64,000 bases of DNA from a virus. The stretch is from positions 1-64,000 of IMG/VR virus record IMGVR_UViG_3300042452_000984, one strand, 5' to 3'. A model generated the notes under the pieces. That model was not told the origin of the DNA, did not search any database, and saw only the letters and a list, made by a program, of their open reading frames with translations. Both the position numbers and the translations under genes were made by a program. Positions 58,527-64,000 of this stretch are shown one piece after another (positions within the stretch are counted from its first letter, which is position 1; each line of letters begins with the position of its first letter).

Positions 58527-59067
58527 TCACCGCCACCAACACACCGAAAAACAATCCGGCAATAATCATTACCCCGCCGCCCTCGCCTGCCGTCTGGCTG
58601 ACGGTGATATTAGGGTTTGACTCAACGTAGATATGCTGTGGCTGTTGGGGCTGCTGCTGTTGGGCCATCATGGCCGCCAACAACGCATCAGAACGCTGTT
58701 GCTGTTGAGCCATTAACGCCATCATCTCAGAGACACCTGTAGGTGCCTCCTGAGGGCGTTGGGCGGCCTGGACGATAGCTAGGACATCAGCGGCGGTTAA
58801 GCCGCCTTCCTGGGCCGCAGAAGCGCCGGGAGTGCCGTGGTAATGGTTGTGGGTTTCATTGTGAACATTAACCACCATGACTGGCAGCCCTGCCTCTTTG
58901 CACAGCCGCACAAAGTCAGGCGGATCGTGAGTGATCGCATCCTGCAGGGTAGCCAAGTTATCAGGGCGACGCTGCACGGGCGGCAATGCCTCCCACGCAT
59001 GGCGCGCGATCGCCGCCTTTTGTCGTGGGTCAGCAAGCGCGATCGCTCTCACATCAACGGTTTCCAT
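58513..59067 (-). CDS. Gln-rich protein with a C-terminal TM anchor
   Basis: Start probably METVDV, after an AGGAGG RBS. Confidence 0.6.
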   Translation of the reverse strand: METVDVRAIALADPRQKAAIARHAWEALPPVQRRPDNLATLQDAITHDPPDFVRLCKEAGLPVMVVNVHNETHNHYHGTPGASAAQEGGLTAADVLAIVQAAQRPQEAPTGVSEMMALMAQQQQRSDALLAAMMAQQQQPQQPQHIYVESNPNITVSQTAGEGGGVMIIAGLFFGVLVAVIAGS

Positions 59068-59374
59068 TCTTCGCCTCCTTCTGCTTGGTGCGAGACATGG
59101 CGACAAGTGCCGCCACCGTGAGCCCAGCGCCAGCGGCCAGAATGCCAGGATCTAACACCGGCCCTGCCATTGGCGTATCAACCGCTGTAGTGCCCTGGGG
59201 AATACCTAGCACCTCCGCCTGGCGAGGTTCTTGCCCGGCGCAGTAGGTTGCACCATCTACCTGCACGTGGCTATCGCACTCGCGTAATTTCCGTTGCTCA
59301 ATGTCTATTGCGGACAGGCACTCACTGGTCGTGCCGTCCTCGTATTCAAACTCCGTGCATTGGTTATCTTCCAT
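59054..59374 (-). CDS. Small Cys-containing protein with a C-terminal TM segment
   Basis: ORF overlapping the next gene. Confidence 0.6.
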   Translation of the reverse strand: MEDNQCTEFEYEDGTTSECLSAIDIEQRKLRECDSHVQVDGATYCAGQEPRQAEVLGIPQGTTAVDTPMAGPVLDPGILAAGAGLTVAALVAMSRTKQKEAKNGNR

Positions 59375-59442
59375 CGGTCTTTTGAGTGGTGGTTAGGAAA
59401 GGCGATCGCATAACGAAGGCGCTACGCGATCGCCTGGAGCAG

Positions 59443-59856
59443 TCATTCAGCCTTGCAATCCACCGATGAGGCGGAGGAAGGGCTCAAAGTTGCCTTGCTT
59501 GGCTGCCAAGACAACGCGGGCAGTGGTTCTAGGTCCAGGGCCACTGCCGCCGTGGACTTTGGGAGCGTTTCCAATTCCTCCTGAAGCAACTGCGCTGTGC
59601 GCCCCCACATCAGCTGTCCGCTCATAGCAGCGGCCAAAAACTGAGCGTTCTGATGGGCCACCCGGTCAATAGCCGCGATCGCGGCCTCCTGGATGCCTGC
59701 AGCATGGTCCCGCTGTTCTTTTAGCGCTAGCTGGAGAGGGTGAGAAACAGAAAGGCTGCTTGCCTCATTGGGTACACCCGGACCCGACTGGGTACAGTTG
59801 GGTACAGTCGCCCCCGGATTGCGGGGTTGGTTGAGCTTGTCGGTATTTAGAGCCAT
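59443..59856 (-). CDS. Hypothetical helical protein
   Basis: Start probably MALNTDK, after AGGAG. Confidence 0.55.
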   Translation of the reverse strand: MALNTDKLNQPRNPGATVPNCTQSGPGVPNEASSLSVSHPLQLALKEQRDHAAGIQEAAIAAIDRVAHQNAQFLAAAMSGQLMWGRTAQLLQEELETLPKSTAAVALDLEPLPALSWQPSKATLSPSSASSVDCKAE

Positions 59857-60148
59857 TAGTTTTCTCCTGACGATATTTTTCAACTTGCCTGAGGGTGTAG
59901 TCCAACGCCTCTTGGTGGGTGTAACCCCAGCTCATGCACTGCCCGTAACAAACCAGCGCTAGGGCATCCTCCTGATCCCACTGCCGCCGGCGGCCAGGCT
60001 GACCAGGTTCATAGCCCAGTTTTGCCATCCACCGGGATAGCGTGGAAGTAGGAATACTTCCACGGCTCAAACTCTCTGCCAGCAAGGCTTTGAGTTCAGT
60101 GTAGGTGTAGGTGACGGTTACTTCCATGGAACTTCGTGGAACTTCCAC
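59765..60148 (-). CDS. MerR/excisionase-like HTH protein
   Basis: IPTSTLSRWMAKLG...GRRRQWDQED. Confidence 0.55.
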   Translation of the reverse strand: MEVPRSSMEVTVTYTYTELKALLAESLSRGSIPTSTLSRWMAKLGYEPGQPGRRRQWDQEDALALVCYGQCMSWGYTHQEALDYTLRQVEKYRQEKTNGSKYRQAQPTPQSGGDCTQLYPVGSGCTQ

Positions 60149-60264
60149 GCTCTAGGACTCTTGTACTGTAGTTCCGCTATATCCTCCCTGTCAACCCCCT
60201 ATCTAGGGGTTAAGTAGGGAGAAAGCGCTAAAATGGGCGCACTACCTCGATGGAGTAAAATCAG

Positions 60265-60513
60265 ATGTTCCCCATCACAGAACCGATGCCTGCTAGCAAG
60301 CGGAGACTGAAAGAAATCAAGATCAACGTCCCCGAGGATTTACTGGAAGACGCCCAGCGATTGTTTGAAGCGATCGGGGTTACTGATGGCGATGGCCACC
60401 GCGACGTATGGATGGATGGAGTCTATCGCCTTGCGGAACGGTACAACAAAATTTTAGTTAGCAGGAAATTACTTAGGGATTCTGTCAAGGCAGACGAAAC
60501 TGGTGATAATTAA
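60265..60513 (+). CDS. Ribbon-helix-helix-like regulator
   Basis: KEIKINVPEDLLEDAQRLF. Confidence 0.55.
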   Translation: MFPITEPMPASKRRLKEIKINVPEDLLEDAQRLFEAIGVTDGDGHRDVWMDGVYRLAERYNKILVSRKLLRDSVKADETGDN

Positions 60514-60535
60514 TTCAGTACTTCTACTTACTTCC

Positions 60536-60889
60536 ATGGCATTTTTACCACCGCCTCCATTAAGCGCGATCGCGCAACTGATAGCGGCTAACCTTGGCCC
60601 GCTTGTGCCCGCTGGCTGTGATATGCAGCTAAAGCGCCACCCCAAAGGGGGATATGTAATTTACTTTTATGTAGCTAACGCTACCATCGGCGCTCTTATT
60701 GCAAATAATCTTTTATCTGTTATTGGTATTGCTAAAAACATAATTCCCCTAACCTCTGTCGAAGTCAGGGGAGGGTTTGAGCTGAAGGTAGATGCAGCAC
60801 GGCTAGAAAAGCTATACCCTGATGAGACGAAACTGGTGGACGGAAGGATTGACCTTGCTCTTAGGGGTTGTGGTTTGCCTCCTTCCTGA
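60536..60889 (+). CDS. Hypothetical protein
   Basis: AT-rich ORF; start probably MAFLPP. Confidence 0.5.
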   Translation: MAFLPPPPLSAIAQLIAANLGPLVPAGCDMQLKRHPKGGYVIYFYVANATIGALIANNLLSVIGIAKNIIPLTSVEVRGGFELKVDAARLEKLYPDETKLVDGRIDLALRGCGLPPS

Positions 60890-61211
60890 TGGTATGTCCG
60901 TAAACGTCCATCTCGCCAAGCAGCACTTTGGTCAGGTCATCTATTGATGGACGAGCCGTGCTTTCAAAAAAGGTAAATTCCGGCACCCTCGATAATGCCA
61001 CTAGCACAATCCAGGCCGGAGTTTTTGCCAACCGTCCCCCACGGTACAGAATGTCCTTGCTTAGCGGGATGCCAGAGCGATCGCTTATCCACTGGGTAAA
61101 ATCTGTCCAGGGTAAATTGTCGCGTTTTGCTCTTAAAGCATCGACTAACCGCTTAAAGTTGCGGTTGCCCTCATCCGTCACGTAGCTTCTTCGTTCATCA
61201 GCCATTTTCAA
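60861..61211 (-). CDS. Putative HTH repressor-like protein
   Basis: Helical (WTDFTQWISDRSGIPLSKDILYR); divergent from the replication operon. Confidence 0.45.
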   Translation of the reverse strand: MKMADERRSYVTDEGNRNFKRLVDALRAKRDNLPWTDFTQWISDRSGIPLSKDILYRGGRLAKTPAWIVLVALSRVPEFTFFESTARPSIDDLTKVLLGEMDVYGHTIRKEANHNP

Positions 61212-61320
61212 CTACCTACAAGTAACACCCGGTCTATCGCAATTCTAAACCCCAGTTGCAAAAATGTGAAAACTAGCACATTTGCACTACAATGAGGCGC
61301 AGTTAGTTGTAGGTGATGAT

Positions 61321-61680
61321 ATGGCCGAGTACAGACGGATTGCATTGCCCCGGCGCTATACCCGGGTAGTAATGGGCGCTGCCGCCCTAAAGAACATGAA
61401 GCCGATCGCTTACCAGGAGAAAATCCTGGTGGCAGCGGCAAAGAAGGTGATTGAAGCGGGGCCGGACGGTAAAGGATTTAAGGCGATCGCCCGCAAGCCC
61501 GGCGAGCCGAATTTAGCCTTAATCTTTACCAAGGAAGGCTACGATACAATCAGGGCAGCCGTTCAGATCGAGGGGTTGAACCCTCCACAATTTGCCGTGA
61601 AGCATTTATTGCCCAGGGCGTTCAAGGACATTGAAGCTGGCTTCAGAGCCATTAAGGCTACCTACGACGGAGCAGCGTAA
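61321..61680 (+). CDS. Hypothetical, possible Cro-like regulator
   Basis: AGGTG RBS before ATG 61321. Confidence 0.5.
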   Translation: MAEYRRIALPRRYTRVVMGAAALKNMKPIAYQEKILVAAAKKVIEAGPDGKGFKAIARKPGEPNLALIFTKEGYDTIRAAVQIEGLNPPQFAVKHLLPRAFKDIEAGFRAIKATYDGAA

Positions 61681-61681
61681 T

Positions 61682-61720
61682 AAAAAAGGCGATCGCCGGT
61701 TATGCGATCGCCTTTTTGTT
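61682..61720. terminator. Bidirectional terminator built from two HIP1 sites
   Basis: aaaaaaggcgatcgc-cggttat-gcgatcgcctttttgtt. Confidence 0.8.
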
Positions 61721-61820
61721 GTTTATTGCCAATAACCACCAGTAAAGGCAATAGAGGTTTAATCGATGAGAGTAACACCTACCAGAGTATTACCAACAGA
61801 ATCATTGAGGTAATTTTACC

Positions 61821-62342
61821 ATGAAATATTTCAAGCACGACCTTTTATCCCGCGAGGATGATAAAATTTGGGAACTCATTGACAGCCACGGGATGCAGGG
61901 GTATGGCATCTGGTGGGTCATCCTAGAAGAGCTTTACAAGACAGAGGCTACAGACTTCCAGGTGGAAGCAACCGATATTTGGCTAAAACGCCTTAGCCGC
62001 CAGCTAGGGTTAAGCGATTGGCTGACCATGGTGCGAACCCTCGATAGGCTTGCTGAACTAAACCTGATTGATGGGCAACTGTGGCGCGATCGCGTGATCT
62101 ATGCCCACGGCATCGCCAAGCTGCACAGGGACGGAGCGTACAGGAGACACAGAGATGCTGTTTTCGAGCGCGATAGGTATTGCTGTGTTTACTGCAGCGC
62201 GACGGAGGATTTAACCCTTGACCATGTGATTCCCTACAGCAAGGGTGGTTCTGATGAGCCAGACAATTTGGCCACCTGCTGCCGCTCCTGCAACAGCAGA
62301 AAACACGCTCGCACACCACAAGAATGGCTAGGAGGTCTGTAA
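61821..62342 (+). CDS. Replication-protein-type N-terminal domain (Lin1244/DUF4373-like) fused to an HNH endonuclease
   Basis: YFKHD...GYGIWWVILEEL; VFERDRYCCVYC, LTLDHVIP and NLATCCRSCN. Confidence 0.85.
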   Translation: MKYFKHDLLSREDDKIWELIDSHGMQGYGIWWVILEELYKTEATDFQVEATDIWLKRLSRQLGLSDWLTMVRTLDRLAELNLIDGQLWRDRVIYAHGIAKLHRDGAYRRHRDAVFERDRYCCVYCSATEDLTLDHVIPYSKGGSDEPDNLATCCRSCNSRKHARTPQEWLGGL

Positions 62343-62343
62343 C

Positions 62344-63531
62344 ATGCAATGGTTTCGTTTTTACAGTGAATTTAGATGCGACCCCAAGTTGTCATTGATG
62401 ACCCCTCACCACCAGTGGGCTTTCATCATCCTCCTATGCCTTGCTTCAGACAATTCAGAACGAGGAAGGATTGACAACCTGACCGACGAAGAAATTGCCT
62501 ACCAAATCAGAATGCCGGTCGAGGACTGGCAAACCTTAAAAGCTAAATTCAAAGTAAAAGGCATGATCGATTGGGATGAGACGGGAATCAAGATCACCCA
62601 TTGGGCAAGACGCCAGTTTGAATCTGACAACTCCACCGAAAGAGTGCGAAAGCACCGTGAACAAAAGCGTTTAGCTACAGCTACGACAAAAGAAACGGGA
62701 GTGAAACGTTTCAGTAACGTTAATGCAACGCCCCCAGATACAGATACAGATCCAGATTCAGATCCGGAGATCGTTAAAAATCTATTAGAAAGTTCTATAC
62801 CTAAGTGTCCGGAACCGAACATCGAGCCGCTTTGTAGCGCTGACGCGCTACGCGATCGCGTTTCTGAAGAAAAACATTCAGAACCCGAACCGGCTAAACA
62901 GGAAACAGCCGATACCTTTCCCCCTCTGGATAGCCAGGTAGAAAAACCTGGGGCTCAACCAAAACCCCGGACAAGAAAAAAATCTGGCGGCAGCGCGCGA
63001 AAAATTAGCACACCCAAAAACCATCCCGAGCAGTTTGATGCTGCATGGGATTCCTACCGCAAGTTTTGCATAGCCGTAGAGAGCACTGTCGCCCTCTCTC
63101 AGGCGCGCAAAGAGGCTGTTAGGGAGTGGGACAAGCTAATAGAGGGCGGAGACGCCTTAGAGGCGATTCTGGACGGGCTGAACTTCTACATGGAGGTAAA
63201 GCGGGTTGAGCATCAACGCAAAGGGGAAGCGTTTGGCATTTCCCACTTTTGCCGGTTTCTGTCTAACCGCAAATGGGAGGCCGCGATCGCCTACCGCGAG
63301 CAAAAGCGATCGCAGCCCGCCCCCGCCAAAGACATCACTGCCAACGTCCACGCGGACCTGCAGGACATCACCGTCCTGCTACGTCAATTAGGCCGCTCCG
63401 CTGTGCTGCCCCCCGAGTGGCAGGAACGCACCGGCAAAACCTTTACCCGCCAGTTGGACGCCGTTGAAAGCGACGACTATGTCGCCTACCTCAAGGGCGA
63501 ACTAGAGCGTCTTGCTGTGGCCAATCCGTAG
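62344..63531 (+). CDS. Phage replication initiator / replisome organizer
   Basis: MQWFRFYSEF..DPK, WARRQFESD.STERVRKHR and the DTDTDPDSD linker; C-terminal FDAAW..Y...FLSNRKW. Confidence 0.8.
   Translation: MQWFRFYSEFRCDPKLSLMTPHHQWAFIILLCLASDNSERGRIDNLTDEEIAYQIRMPVEDWQTLKAKFKVKGMIDWDETGIKITHWARRQFESDNSTERVRKHREQKRLATATTKETGVKRFSNVNATPPDTDTDPDSDPEIVKNLLESSIPKCPEPNIEPLCSADALRDRVSEEKHSEPEPAKQETADTFPPLDSQVEKPGAQPKPRTRKKSGGSARKISTPKNHPEQFDAAWDSYRKFCIAVESTVALSQARKEAVREWDKLIEGGDALEAILDGLNFYMEVKRVEHQRKGEAFGISHFCRFLSNRKWEAAIAYREQKRSQPAPAKDITANVHADLQDITVLLRQLGRSAVLPPEWQERTGKTFTRQLDAVESDDYVAYLKGELERLAVANP
62737..62770 (+). repeat. Short GAT(A/C/T)CA tandem array inside the initiator gene (possible origin iterons)
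   Basis: gatacagatacagatccagattcagatccgga. Confidence 0.45.
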
Positions 63532-63602
63532 CAAATTTAATATAACTTTGCTGTTGCATATTTGCTTTATGCAGCGTATGGTTGTGTTAGGAGGTGATAC
63601 CG

Positions 63603-64000
63603 ATGAACCATAATCCGTTGGAGCCCGAAGAGCTGCGATCGCTGATGGCGACGCTGTGCGAAGCTCAGGGCTGGCGCCCTATTAGTGATGAGCTTTTGCA
63701 GCAATTTTGGCGGGAGGTTAAGGATATTTCTGGGCATGAGGTTATCCGCATGTTCGGGAACTCTATGGCAACGCCATACCTGAAGCCTGCCATGTTGCTA
63801 GATGGGCTTAAGCAAGAGCGCCGCCGACTGCTTGAGGAGCAGGTGGCTAGTGTCCCTAGTGGGCACAAACGTTACGCGGACATGTCGCCTAAAGAGCAGG
63901 CTGCCTATATGGCGGCTCAAAAGCTGGCAAGGGACAAGCTTAAGGCTGATTTGGCTAGTTTGTACCAACAAGGCAAAATCCCTACTACTCGTGTAGGAGG
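63603..64000 (+). CDS. Partial ORF after the initiator, possibly a helicase loader or inhibitor
   Basis: AGGAGG RBS; MNHNPLEPEELRSLM... open to the window end (translated by hand). Confidence 0.6.
   Translation, partial: MNHNPLEPEELRSLMATLCEAQGWRPISDELLQQFWREVKDISGHEVIRMFGNSMATPYLKPAMLLDGLKQERRRLLEEQVASVPSGHKRYADMSPKEQAAYMAAQKLARDKLKADLASLYQQGKIPTTRVG

Larger units (their letters stand above)
1..64000. mobile_element. Part of a cyanobacterial temperate myovirus-like phage or prophage; ends lie outside the window
   Basis: Ordered protease-scaffold-capsid-neck-sheath-tube-chaperone-tape measure-baseplate-fibre genes, plus replication and regulatory genes. HIP1 is abundant and no host operons are present. 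Confidence 0.92.

Noticed and set aside
61821-62342. Group I intron or mobile homing element
   Set aside because: The HNH domain is fused in a short ORF, with no flanking intron structure or split host gene evident
1-64000. CRISPR array, DGR or retron
   Set aside because: No regularly spaced repeat-spacer array, no reverse transcriptase motif (YxDD) and no adenine-specific TR/VR pair were seen

Overview
The window is part of a large temperate-looking contractile-tail (myovirus-type) phage or prophage of a cyanobacterium. Evidence for the host: dense HIP1 GCGATCGC sites, a group-2-like sigma factor, and NblA-like and DUF6464-like genes. No host housekeeping block, integrase, portal or terminase is visible. 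Layout: 1-19.7 kb holds large 'polyvalent' or head-cargo genes (SNF2 helicase fusion, DUF3560-like fusion, Dps fusion), moron-like cassettes, the sigma factor and a MuF protein. 20-24.6 kb is a host-takeover and DNA-metabolism cluster (secreted RGTGR protein, SSB-like, NblA, degenerate HAD, DnaN, DpdA-like). 24.7-57.1 kb is the head, neck, tail and baseplate operon, interrupted by a methyltransferase, an M15 endolysin and another cargo gene. 57-64 kb holds a membrane-protein operon, regulators and replication genes. The most striking signal is an apparent modular capsid-cargo system. Five or six unrelated proteins share a short leader (F/Y-x-L-x-G-x-x-Y...GIV-L-R-K-A), L-x-K-[A/S] motifs like those in the capsid, scaffold and protease, a QLxLF clamp-type motif and a 'G-x-T...RW' mini-module. 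One such cargo sits in frame inside the prohead protease gene. All protein calls come from motif recognition by eye; no database searches were run.
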